Shown here: piece by piece, positions 41,360 through 53,460 of the stretch
How positions within the stretch are numbered: the stretch's first letter is position 1
Layout of the letters: each line of letters starts with the position of its first letter
DNA from: Octopus vulgaris
Taxonomy: Eukaryota
Direction: 5' to 3'
Length of the DNA stretch: 64,000 nt
Assembly (NCBI GenBank): GCA_951406725.2
Contig: OX597832.1
Location: 39,680,001 to 39,744,000 of the forward strand
Notes under the pieces: model-generated
Seen by the model: only the letters and a program-made list of their open reading frames with translations
What the model was told of the DNA's origin: nothing
Databases searched by the model: none
Position numbers and translations under genes: made by a program

Positions 41360-42980
41360 CTAAATGTCTTAAAATGACAAAATTATTTTGATTTGTTAAA
41401 ATGATCCCCTTTTTGGCGTCCCTTAAATCAACATCACTTTTTGTAGCGATTATTTTTTGACGAGGTTTTTACCATAAAATTATTTTCGTAGAGCTCTTAT
41501 CTGAGCGCAACTATCATATAGTTTCGGGGGGGGGGGGGGTTACAATATCTGAGCTATTTTGAATCAAAATCAATTTTGGGGTTTACTTTTTTTTGTCACT
41601 TAAAGCCACAATATATATTTGTAGCTAATATTTTTCAACGAATTATATTGTGTCTGGGGAGAGTCATTTTCTTTTTGTGCCTTATTATATAGCACACTCA
41701 CCGGTAAAATTTCCACGTTTTCTTATTTTTATTGTTCTAAAACGTTCGTTGTGTCTTGCAACCTTTTCAATAACCAAATCCCAAAACGAAATATTTTTCA
41801 ACGAAGTTTCCACCAAAAGATTCTTTGCAATGAGCACATCCTTTCAAAACCAATTAATCTATAATTTTCTTTAAAAGTAACAGAGATATTTTGATTTATA
41901 TTCAATGTTCGCCTTACCCTCACATATTTTGATCAGCCTTTTTTCTAATGAACCAAATTTCAATTATTTTATCTCCAAACGTAACTTAGGAATGGACCAT
42001 CATTACATTGAAAAAAACTTATTCAATTTGGTTGAGAACTGGGTTAGATATGAAGCCTAGAAGTGCTCCAGGGTGATTAAAACTTGACCTTAACAATATA
42101 TTCACCGTGGGTGAATGATATATTTTTATAAACAAATATTGAAGTGCCGAGTGAGATGGCATTTTACAGAAAATAAAGGAATTCTCGAATACAGAATAGC
42201 TGTGACAACAGTTTAGGGGATAGGGTAAATACCCTTAGAAAACGAAAAGGAGTGGCCATCAAGCCGCTATAGAGAATCGATCCGAAAATTCCGGTTAAGC
42301 GCTCCATACAATTAAGATAATTGACTGTTGACGTCAGATACCGTCTTCTATAATGTTAAATATCTTAGAGACAAAAAAATTTTGATTTGTTAAAGTGAGC
42401 ACCATTTTTTCTTTGTCACTTAAAGCCACGCCACATTGTTTTGTAGCTAATATTTTTTGTCGAAGTTTTCACCATAAGATTCCTCTCATGAAGCTCTTTC
42501 ATTTGAACACAACTATTGGATTGTTTTTGTTCTTTTTTACAATAGCTGAGATATTTTGGTTCAAAGTCAATTTGGGGGGTTACTTACCAGTTTTTCCGTT
42601 ACTACACTACTTTTTTCTTAGCTAATATTTTTCAACGAATTTTCCACCAAAAAATTTTTCTCGTTAATCACATTCTTTAAAATCCAATTAAACTATAATT
42701 TTCTTATAAAATAACTGAGATATTTTGATTCAAAGTCAATTTTTCGCCTTAATCTCCCAATTTTGACCTCACATATTTTGATCTAACTTTTTCTAATGAA
42801 TCAAATTTCAATTATTTTATCTCCAAATGTAGCTTACGGCTGAGCCATTATTGCTTTAAAAAATCGCACTCAATTTTATTGAGAACTGAATTAATAATGA
42901 AGCCTAGAATTGCTCGCAGGAGATTAAACGTTTGACCTTAAGAATATATTCACCCACTGCCGTAGGTGAATGATATATAT
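41360..42980 (+). mobile_element. Two diverged tandem copies (~41360-42120 and ~42130-42980) of a probable non-autonomous Helentron derivative (HINE-like)
   Basis: Long alignable segments between the copies; both end ttgacctta...tatattcacc-(3-10 nt)-ggtgaatgatata, forming a terminal hairpin; internal subrepeats. Confidence 0.55.
41643..41773 (-). mobile_element. Short pLTR-like insertion (family P5) with a decayed U3-A8 hammerhead at 41737-41773
   Basis: Absent from the paralogous copy; minus strand tta TTGAAAA g gttg caagaca caac GAAC gttt tag, followed by AATAAA. Confidence 0.55.
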
Positions 42981-43849
42981 TCGTTTATTAGGAAAATGTG
43001 TGGCATTTGTATTACTGTTAATAATATTTTTGTTGGAGAAACAGTTGAATATCAATCTTTTAAGGATTGTGAAGAATCGATTTTCACTAAATAATACTCT
43101 CACACTCCGTGGTTACTATGATATTAAATCCTGTTTTTCCAATTTTTCTACATTTGTTGGTTCTGGAGGAAGTTTTATTGTCCCTGACAATTGCAATCTA
43201 TTTATTACTGGTCAGCTTGATATTAATATTCTGCTTAAAGTTTTACAGGAAAAGCGTGTTCAAGAAAATTAGAGATCTGATATTAGGGAGAGAAAGAGAC
43301 GAGCATAATATTTAATGTGTGACCAAGTGGGTTGCAATACCAAGTGTGAGGAAAAGTGGATTGACGAGCAAGTGGTGGGGCCTGAGTAGTGGAGGTACGA
43401 GACTAAGCAATTCCGTAAAATAGAATCCATTGTAGTAGCGTTAGAAAAGATAAAGAGGAGAGAGTATTCCTGATGTCAAAGGTTGGATAGTGTCTGTTTG
43501 TAATTGAATAATAATTAGTCATGTGACCCTTCCCTTGATGCGGACCAGGATGTCTGTGTAAGCTGCAGTAGCTGTATCCCAGATATGGGAAAAGATTTGC
43601 ATTATAGGCCTCAATTAAGCCTTATGGATTGTCAACAGCTGATGGCGGGTAAAAATGGCAAACTCTCTGAAAGATCGTCCTTGTTATGAGGAGGAGGAGG
43701 GCTCTCGCCAGGAGCGAATTTCGGTTACAAAGTGTCTCAGCATTTGGTGCAAATGTAATGGATTTAGTTGGGTGACACTAGTGCGCACGTGGGTGTGTGT
43801 AATCTTATGGTTTCCTTTTGATGTGAGAAGTGTCTGCGCTTGTTGTCAG

Positions 43850-43995
43850 TTAATAGGATCAAATTCCACCGATGTTCACTTTACCTTTCATCCTTTCGAG
43901 GTCGATAAATTAAGTACCAGTGAAACACTGGGAGGTCGATGTTATTGACTATCCTCCTCCCCCAAATTTCAGGCATTATGCCTATAGTAGAAAGA
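43850..43995 (+). mobile_element. SINE A, 5'-truncated
   Basis: Family A body followed by an (ATT)n tail. Confidence 0.8.
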
Positions 43996-44036
<41 letters not shown>

Positions 44037-44039
44037 CAT

Positions 44040-44468
44040 TGAGTAAGTGAGTGAGTAGTGCATGCCATCAAAGTGACATTGGGGTAAAATATACGAGGCC
44101 CAGAATGCCCATCATGACTACCCGTCTGATAAGGGTACACCAGACACATGCATCACAACCATATGTGCGCGACATGGTGATCTCATATCAAGATAAACAG
44201 CGCATGACCTTGCAGGTGGGGCCCCTTTAGAATTTTCTTCAGGTCGAATTGTTCATCCCACTCAAATGATCCCTGAATAAGGGTTGTTTAAGGATGTTGA
44301 ACGAAACACCCATGTTTCCAGAGGTGAATTATTCAAACCCCAAAGAATCCCCCTCAACACTGGCTATGATGCTCCCCCACTACTTCTGCTCATGATCAGA
44401 GATGCACATATCGTCAAGCAACTGACAAGCAAATCTGTGGTATTGAGCAGGATATTTGCTGTAGCTCT
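44040..44468 (-). mobile_element. Family E, 5'-truncated, flanked by (TTA)n on both sides
   Basis: Reverse complement of ~31645-32103 with an internal deletion. Confidence 0.88.
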
Positions 44469-44519
44469 ATTATTATTATTATTAATATTATTATTATTAT
44501 TATTATTATTATTATCGTT

Positions 44520-45135
44520 ATTTACCTTTAATCTGCATGTTTGCTACAGTCACTTGCCGAGACACACCTAGCGTCCTGGGGCGAGTGAGGGATAAGAGGT
44601 GTTACAGTATGACTGAAAGCTTGGGGAGGGGAAGTAAACATTTAAATGGATAGCGTTTTTCTAAGGATCGGTGCACTACTTGTCTGTACAATCTTTTGGA
44701 GACATGGTGCTCCTGGTATCTTATCTAGATGCTTCTGACATCCCTTTTTTACCATACCTAAGGTACCTACATTTACAGGAACAATTCTCGTTCTAAGATG
44801 CCACATCTTTTGTATTTCAATTTCCAGGTCCTTATATTTACTTAGTTTGTCAAATTCCTTAACATATATTTTTATAAGTGGGTACACTTACATCTATTAG
44901 TCTACAAGTATTTTCTTCCCTGTCTTTAATGATTATGTCTGGTCGATTAGCCTGGATCGTTCTGTCGGTGTTGACTGGAAAATCCCAGGGGATAGTAACA
45001 TTTTTACCTTCAACGACTGACTCAGGATTATATTCAAACCAGAAAGCAGAAGTTCTGAATTTCTAGTATTTACCTATTTTCCAATATAAATATTCTCCTA
45101 CCCTATCGTGGCGATTTTTGTATTCGTTTAAAGAA
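44520..45135 (-). pseudogene. 5'-truncated R4/Dong-like RLE retrotransposon between (TAA)n tracts
   Basis: KEFDKLSKYKDLEIEIQKMWHLRTRIVPVNVGTLGMVKKGCQKHLDKIPG...ILRKTLSI*; 3' UTR shared with 17390-17526. Confidence 0.88.
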
Positions 45136-45139
45136 ATAA

Positions 45140-45209
<70 letters not shown>

Positions 45210-45212
45210 CTA

Positions 45213-45282
<70 letters not shown>

Positions 45283-45283
45283 A

Positions 45284-45324
<41 letters not shown>

Positions 45325-45691
45325 CATTATTATTATTATTGTTATTATAGCTGTTGTTATTGCTTGTTTTACTGTTTCGAGGAGTTTATATGGTTTTAAT
45401 GTTAAATTGGAATTGACTGCAAATATGTTTGAAGACTTTTTTTTTTTGTACAATAGCAGAAAATATCACCAATGGATCATATATGTCCGTTGTTTTAAAA
45501 TTGTAGATGACAAAAAAAGATTCTTGTTGATGGAAATCTTCTCAGGAATGATGCCAGTTTTGTTATATATTTTTTTTCATTTGTGATTTAACCTTTTCTG
45601 GTTTGTCGTGCCAACTGTAAGCGGACACAAAGGACAGTGTTCTACGCCACAAAAGAACATATATATATTTATATATATATATATATATATA

Positions 45692-48399
45692 TTAAGGTAT
45701 GTAGAAAAAAAATACAACATGGACAAGACCGTATAACTCTTAGAAGACGACACAATAAACACGGACAGGACATTCGAAACCCTCAGTCTTCAGTCAAGAA
45801 CCGGATCATCGTAGTAATTTCGGCTGATTAATCTTGAGATTACTAGATCACGGCCAGCCCTCCAAGAAAAACCAAGCAACGAGCATTAGAAAAACTAAGC
45901 TGGAAGCGTAGATTTCCTGGAAGAAGGATCGAATGCATACGAACACCAGGACAGCAAAAGGGACAGATATAAAAAAACAAAAAACAATAATGGAATACAG
46001 AAACATGAAATACAGAAGCATTAACGGTGAAAACAACAGTGTCTTACGACTGATAACAAGCAAACAAATTTTTTTCTCTGGCGCAATGGAAAAAGCCTTT
46101 ATAGTGGCGGACGAAAACAGCGATGTTAACAGAACGAGGGTCAGAGGCTGAAAGGCAGATTTCGGCCAACAGTCACGTGACAGAGAAGAGGGAAAAGAAA
46201 AGAAAGAGAAGCAAAGGAAGAGAGAGAGAGAGGAGGGACAAACGCAACAAAGAGAGAGAAGAGAGAGAAAGAAGGAATCAGAGAGGAGAAGGGATGGGTG
46301 TCGAAGAATGACCTGTGAGTGCAGAGCGAGACAAAGAAATAGGAGGGTAGTGGAAGACTAGACCAAAGAATCAGAGGAAAGAGAAGAGAAAAAGAGGATG
46401 AGTAGAGAGAAAAGAGAGAGAGGGGGACAGATCAAGTAAAAATGAGAGAGAGAGAGAGACAAACAGAGAGTCGTACCAATTATTAAGAATATGTGCTCAC
46501 ATAAATGTTAAGGGGGTACGGGGCGCCTGGAATATATGTTAAGGTATGTAGAAAAATACAACATGGACAAGACCGTATAACTCTTAGAAGACGACACAAT
46601 AAACACGGACAGGACATTCGAAACCCTCAGTCTTCAGTCAAGAACCGGATCATCGTAGTAATTTCGGCTGATTAATCTTGAGATTACTAGATCACGGCCA
46701 GCCCTCCAAGAAAAACCAAGCAACGAGCATTAGAAAAACTAAGCTGGAAGCGTAGATTTCCTGGAAGAAGGATCGAATGCATACGAACACCAGGACAGCA
46801 AAAGGGACAGATATAAAAAAACAAAAAACAATAATGGAATACAGAAACATGAAATACAGAAGCATTAACGGTGAAAACAACAGTGTCTTACGACTGATAA
46901 CAAGCAAACAAATTTTTTTTCTCTGGCGCAATGGAAAAAGCCTTTATAGTGGCGGACGAAAACAGCGATGTTAACAGAACGAGGGTCAGAGGCTGAAAGG
47001 CAGATTTCGGCCAACAGTCACGTGACAGAGAAGAGGGAAAAGAAAAGAAAGAGAAGCAAAGGAAGAGAGAGAGAGAGGAGGGACAAACGCAACAAAGAGA
47101 GAGAAGAGAGAGAAAGAAGGAATCAGAGAGGAGAAGGGATGGGTGTCGAAGAATGACCTGTGAGTGCAGAGCGAGACAAAGAAATAGGAGGGTAGTGGAA
47201 GACTAGACCAAAGAATCAGAGGAAAGAGAAGAGAAAAAGAGGATGAGTAGAGAGAAAAGAGAGAGAGGGGGACAGATCAAGTAAAAATGAGAGAGAGAGA
47301 GAGACAAACAGAGAGTCGTACCAATTATTAAGAATATGTGCTCACATAAATGTTAAGGGGGGTACGGGGCGCCTGGAATATATGTTAAGGTATGTAGAAA
47401 AATACAACATGGACAAGACCGTATAACTCTTAGAAGACGACACAATAAACACGGACAGGACATTCGAAACCCTCAGTCTTCAGTCAAGAACCGGATCATC
47501 GTAGTAATTTCGGCTGATTAATCTTGAGATTACTAGATCACGGCCAGCCCTCCAAGAAAAACCAAGCAACGAGCATTAGAAAAACTAAGCTGGAAGCGTA
47601 GATTTCCTGGAAGAAGGATCGAATGCATACGAACACCAGGACAGCAAAAGGGACAGATATAAAAAAACAAAAAACAATAATGGAATACAGAAACATGAAA
47701 TACAGAAGCATTAACGGTGAAAACAACAGTGTCTTACGACTGATAACAAGCAAACAAATTTTTTCTCTGGCGCAATGGAAAAAGCCTTTATAGTGGCGGA
47801 CGAAAACAGCGACGTTAACAGAACGAGGGTCAGAGGCTGAAAGGCAGATTTCGGCCAACAGTCACGTGACAGAGAAGAGGGAAAAGAAAAGAAAGAGAAG
47901 CAAAGGAAGAGAGAGAGAGAGGAGGGACAAACGCAACAAAGAGAGAGAAGAGAGAGAAAGAAGGAATCAGAGAGGAGAAGGGATGGGTGTCGAAGAATGA
48001 CCTGTGAGTGCAGAGCGAGACAAAGAAATAGGAGGGTAGTGGAAGACTAGACCAAAGAATCAGAGGAAAGAGAAGAGAAAAAGAGGATGAGTAGAGAGAA
48101 AAGAGAGAGAGGGGGACAGATCAAGTAAAAATGAGAGAGAGAGAGAGACAAACAGAGAGTCGTACCAATTATTAAGAATATGTGCTCACATAAATGTTAA
48201 GGGGGGTACGGGGCGCCTGGAATATATGTTAAGGTATGTAGAAAAATACAACATGGACAAGACCGTATAACTCTTAGAAGACGACACAATAAACACGGAC
48301 AGGACATTCGAAACCCTCAGTCTTCAGTCAAGAACCGGATCATCGTAGTAATTTCGGCTGATTAATCTTGAGATTACTAGATCACGGCCAGCCCTCCAA
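45692..48399 (-). repeat. Near-perfect tandem array of an ~845-bp unit (3.2 copies) inserted in (TA)n
   Basis: Unit starts (ttaaggtatgtag) at 45692, 46539, 47385 and 48229; the differences I noticed are mostly homopolymer lengths. Confidence 0.97.
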
Positions 48400-48856
48400 A
48401 TATATATATATATATATACATGTATGTATACGTGTATGTATAGGTATATATTCATATACATTTGTGTCCATATACGTATGCAAGAAACAGATACATATCC
48501 ATACGTACACACAAACACACATAGATATATATAGATATATAGATATATACACGCACACTTATGTACATATATATGTGTGTGTGTGTGTGCGCGCGCATCT
48601 GTGTGTGTGTGTGTGCATGCGTACAATCATATATACACATATACACATACACTTATGTACTTGTATATATAAATGTATTTATATACGTTTGTGCACACAT
48701 ATATATATATACACATATATACATACATAAGAATGTTTTATGTATATATGCATATATATGTCTGTTTGCGTGTGTGTATGTATATACGTGTATGAATACA
48801 TACATATGTACATACATATATACATACGTAAAATCATACATACATACATACATACA

Positions 48857-48890
<34 letters not shown>

Positions 48891-49159
48891 CATACATAAG
48901 TACATACATACATACATACATACATACATACATACATACATACATACATACATACATACATGCACGCATGCGTACACAGGGTAGGGTTTAAAACATAATG
49001 CGGGGGAAATAAAATGAAAAAATATCTTTCATGGAGTAAAAAAAAAATAGTTGCCTAGAAACTAAAACAAATTCGAGTCGTGTAGAACTTTGAATGATAA
49101 ATATCTTCCAAAAAGTTGGAGGCGGGTGGCTGAGTGCTAATGAAAGAAGAAACGAAATG

Positions 49160-49271
49160 AAGAAGAAGAAGAAGAAGAAGAAGAAGAAGAAGAAGAAGAA
49201 GAAGAAGAAGAAGAAGAAGAAGAAGAAGAAGAAGAAGAAGAAGAAGAAGAAGAAGAAGAAGAAGAAGAAGA
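49160..49271. repeat. (GAA)n microsatellite
   Basis: Direct reading; source of the poly-K and poly-S ORFs. Confidence 0.98.
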
Positions 49272-49780
49272 ATATGGAGAAAATATTCTTGTTTGTTTAT
49301 TTATTTTTAAAGAGCTGCAAGAAAATTGTGACAAAAGAAATTTCTTTTAAAAAAAAAGAGATAAAACACGGTGATAAAAATGAAGTAAAAATATCTGTAA
49401 AACGGTTGAATTTTGTTGTTGTTCTTGTTGCTGTTGTTGTGGTGGTGGTTTTTGTTTTTGTTTTTTTTGTTGTTTTTTTCATATATAGACATTTAAAAAC
49501 GACTCTGACTTCTGTTGAGCTGTTGCTGTCATGGCGATATCAATAAGGTGTTGAGTTGCCGTATTGATGGATATCACAGTTTGTGTTGGCATCGTTGTCG
49601 TCACGTCTGATATCACGTCGTCCATAGATATATATTTATCTGCCATGTAGGTGGTGTGGCACTCTTGCATGCCGTGTCGATATTACTCTGATATTCATAT
49701 CGATATACAGTAGACATCAACATCCACGTTGATATTTTATTATTGTCATGTTAAATGATCACTATCCTAGTAGTTATACT

Positions 49781-50051
49781 ATGAAGGCACATAGCTCAGT
49801 GGTTGGAGCGTCGGGCTCACAATCATAAAGTAGTGAGTTCGATTCCCGGATTGTACCCTGTGTTGTGTTCTTGAGCAAGACACTTTATTTCCCGTTGCTC
49901 CAGTTCACCCAGCTGTAGAAATGAGTTGCGACGTCACTGGTGCCAAGTTGTATCGGCCCCTTTGCCTTTCCCTTGTGCCTTGGAGGGGAACTTTCTAGGT
50001 GCAATCCCATGGTCATTCATGACCAAAGGGGGAGGGCGGTCTTTACCCTTT
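49781..50051 (+). mobile_element. SINE family D with an internal deletion
   Basis: Aligns to 10318-10662 but lacks ~10510-10590. Confidence 0.88.
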
Positions 50052-50244
50052 TAATATTACAGCATGACTGAGAGCAATGAGCTGGTAGAATCGTTAGCAC
50101 ACAAGGCAAAATGCTTAGTAACATTTCGCCTGTCGTCACGTTCTGAGTTCAAATTCCGCCGAAGTCGACTTTGCCTTTCATCCTTTCGGGATCGATAGAA
50201 TAAATACTAGTTGAGCACTAGGGTCACTACTTTCTACTAGTCAA

Positions 50245-50695
50245 GCAATATGGTCGGTGGAAGTTCTACAGTAGCAATATATAGAAATCTAGTGGCTGGT
50301 AAGAGCGATAACGTCCTCGGAGAAACTCGAGGCGTCAACGAGGATGAACTAGCTGGAATATTTCGGAAGACTTTGGGCCCGGTACCACCATGGATAATTC
50401 CCGGAAATCCCTGGCCTGGTAAGGCTCGGAAGCGCTGTCAGGCAGAAGTGTCCGAGATGCGCGTAGAGAGACGAAACCGTTGTGCGTGTACTCGTGCAAC
50501 GTCCGAGTATTGCTGACTTGTGCAGTTATGTCGAACAGACGTTATGGTGAGTAGGACGAATCCGAATCCATCGTGATGATCGCTCCACCACCCACCTTTA
50601 ACAAGGCAGGGCAGGCGGCGTTCCCCTGGCTAGTGGCTATGGCGAAAGAAGTTGTGGGTTGAACGATACTGAAAGGACTGAAGAAACACACGTTG
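50245..50695 (+). pseudogene. L1/Tx1-like LINE ORF2 C-terminal fragment (zinc-knuckle region), lying between two SINE A copies (50075-50225 and 50696-50910)
   Basis: GC-rich; frameshifted translation MDNSRKSLAW...KCPRCA*RDETVVRVLVQRPSIADLCSYVEQ...LVAMAKEVV resembles the CxxC...ET..H..C zf-RVT region. Confidence 0.6.
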
Positions 50696-50911
50696 AAGGC
50701 GGCGAGCTGGCAGAAACGTTAGCACGCCGGGCGAAATGCGTAGCCGTATTTCGTCTGCCGTTACGCTCTGAGTTCAGATTCCACCGAGATCGACTTTGCC
50801 GTTCATCCTTTCGGGGTCGATTAAATAAGTATCAGTTACGCACTGGGAATCGATATAATCGACTAGTCCCCACCCCATAAATATGAAGCCTGGTGCCTAC
50901 AGCAGACCAGG

Positions 50912-50984
<73 letters not shown>

Positions 50985-50987
<3 letters not shown>

Positions 50988-51110
50988 GTTTGAGTTTTGC
51001 TTTATATTTGTACAAGTTGGCTCCAAGTCTCACCCAGAGACCTCAAGAGACAACAGGTTGGAAGTTCATGTTGTTGTTATGCCTAGTGTGCCATATATTT
51101 GGGTGGGGGA
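50985..51110 (-). mobile_element. Probable 3' UTR remnant of another TAA-targeting RLE LINE
   Basis: Minus strand ...ctcttgaggtctctgggtgagacttggagcc...aaaactcaaacata(taa)n; similar layout to the R4-like 3' UTRs in this window. Confidence 0.5.
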
Positions 51111-51192
51111 GTTTTTGGTGTTGTACTAATGAATGTCTAAAAAAAAATTTTTTTTTTTCTCCTTTTAAACCGAAAATTATGTTTGTTTTAAA

Positions 51193-51274
<82 letters not shown>

Positions 51275-51277
51275 ATT

Positions 51278-51600
51278 TAGGAATGGTCATTTTGCCAGTT
51301 TAGCTAATAAAAACACACGCACTATATATTTGGTGTTACTTTGCTTCAGCGTTATTCATTTTTTACATTAATCTTAATCTTATTTCGGCCATAGTTCTTT
51401 CGTCACACTCATGTGACCTCCTCAGTGGTCCTTTGCTTTCTTCTTTCTTATTTGTGTGTCTCTCCTTACTAACGGTCAGCCAATTCCTATTGCATGTGTC
51501 TTCATTTGCGCATGCGTATACCTCTATGTGTGTCTATGTTTAGTTAGTGTGTGTGTGGGGGGAAGTGCCTGTAATATTTGTATCTCCTGTTTATATACGT
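51278..51600 (-). mobile_element. Family P1 pLTR copy
   Basis: Aligns to 9805-10015. Confidence 0.85.
51387..51431 (-). ncRNA. Minimal hammerhead ribozyme with intact core (family P1)
   Basis: Minus strand: ggacca CTGAGGA g gtcac atgagt gtgac GAAA g aa CTA tggcc. Confidence 0.75.
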
Positions 51601-51602
51601 TC

Positions 51603-51646
<44 letters not shown>

Positions 51647-51649
<3 letters not shown>

Positions 51650-51946
51650 CATCCTTTCTGTCTCGGGAGACAATGGAGTTGCGCATTTTTTTTTTTTTTT
51701 TTTCTAGGACTAGTCCGGCTGTTATATTTTATTTCCTGTTACATTTCTTGCTGTGGCTGTGTAGTCCTATCCTGGACAAACACTCCCTCTGGCAGGTACT
51801 GCAAATGTAGCGAAGACTGTTCCTGGCTGGTTGTAGTGCCATGGTCTCTTGTTTATGTCTCTTCCTTTCTTTCCATTTCTCCTCTCTCTTTCTGTCACTC
51901 CTCTGTATACCCTCTTTTACTGTACGTCGCCATTCTCCACGGTTGG

Positions 51947-51948
<2 letters not shown>
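51647..51948 (-). mobile_element. 3' end of an RTE-clade LINE (ORF C-terminal zinc finger plus 3' UTR) inserted in (TA)n
   Basis: ANRGEWRRTVKEG...YICSTCQRECLSRIGLHSHSKKC*; terminal hairpin tgtctcccgagaca followed by gaaaggatgcca. Confidence 0.88.
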
Positions 51949-52015
<67 letters not shown>

Positions 52016-52824
52016 TCAATGTATGTATACACATATATATATACATACATGTATATACACATACATGCATGCAGACATACATACATACATACATACATAA
52101 CACCACTCTATGAAATGACACCTTGTTCCTCTTCAACAGGTATCAATCAATACCGCCATGTTACCATTATTGTTGAGTTGATATTCCTGATATCATTTAT
52201 ATTAATGATATGTTGATACGCCATCGCTCGGATATCGATCTCATTTTTATAATCACTGTTACAGTGAAATCAGTGAATTGATCGAAACGACACAGATCAG
52301 ATGTAAATCTCGTACAGCATTTAGTATCAGCATTCTCCCTTTTGTAGTCTAATTACGCTGAGAATGACATTAAATTTTGTTCCCCAGGGCCGATAAAAAA
52401 AAATTAATAAACACCTAAGGCTAAGTAAAAATAAAATCGTATAATGAAGGTTCATTTTACATCAATATTATCTATCTTGCCTTGAGTCTTCAGTTTCTGC
52501 TATAATTGCAGGAATTGTGATGTGATACATTATGATGCAACGTGTCTTGGCTGAGCTCATCCCTTCTGCATCAGTCCACAGCTGCTTTCTTCCAGAGAGA
52601 AAACTATAAATAAAAAGAGCGAGTGAGAAGAATCGACTCCAGTATTGATCCGTCACTTTATTTATCGACCCCGAAAGGATGAAAGGCAAAATTGACTTTG
52701 GTGAGAATTGATCTTACAGTTAAAAGGACCGGAACAAAACCGCAGGATTGCTACTCTTTCCGTCGTTGTAACGACCCTGTCAATTTATTACCTAATCTAC
52801 AAGACCCTATATTGCTTTCAAGCT

Positions 52825-53010
52825 TTGGAACAAGGCCAGAAATTTCGAGGAAGGAGTATGTCGCTTACCTTGACTCCAGCGTTCAACTGGTATTTATTTT
52901 ATCCACTCCCAAAGGATGAAAGGCAAAATTGACCTCGGTGGAATTAGAACTCAGAACGTAAAGACGGACGAAATGCCGGCGCACTAACGATTCTGCCAGC
53001 TCACCGTTTT
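52825..53010 (-). mobile_element. SINE A, diverged
   Basis: Family A motifs on the reverse strand. Confidence 0.8.
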
Positions 53011-53031
53011 AGAATCTATATTACTGCCGAT

Positions 53032-53078
<47 letters not shown>

Positions 53079-53460
53079 CACACACACACACACACATACA
53101 CACACACACACACACACATACACTCACCCTAACAAAATCTGCCCTCATTAAAAACTGAGTGGGTAGCTGAAAAGAAAATGTATAAAGAATGTACTGATAC
53201 CGCTTACATTAACATTGAGAGCTCGATAAAATAAGTACCAGTTGAGAACTGGGGTCGATGTAATCGATTAGGCAATTTAACTCCCCGCAACATTTGTGGT
53301 TCAGCAAAAGAGATCGTTAGATTAAGTACCAATCCTACAAAATAAGTACTGGCGTTGATTTGTTCGATTCAAGGTGGTGCTACAGCATGGCCACAGTCCA
53401 ACGACGGAAACAAGTAAAAGATAACAAATGTACTGTGTCTGTTAAAAATTAAGATGGGCA

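Noticed and set aside
43190-43450. Possible CR1/L2-like LINE C-terminus on the minus strand (and a possible retroelement scrap at 24075-24300)
   Set aside because: Too decayed to assign by eye.
45848-47858. Short repeated ORFs in the 845-bp unit (hydrophobic MLVISRK...)
   Set aside because: Compositional result of an A-rich strand; frames are broken by homopolymer differences between units; no recognisable domain.
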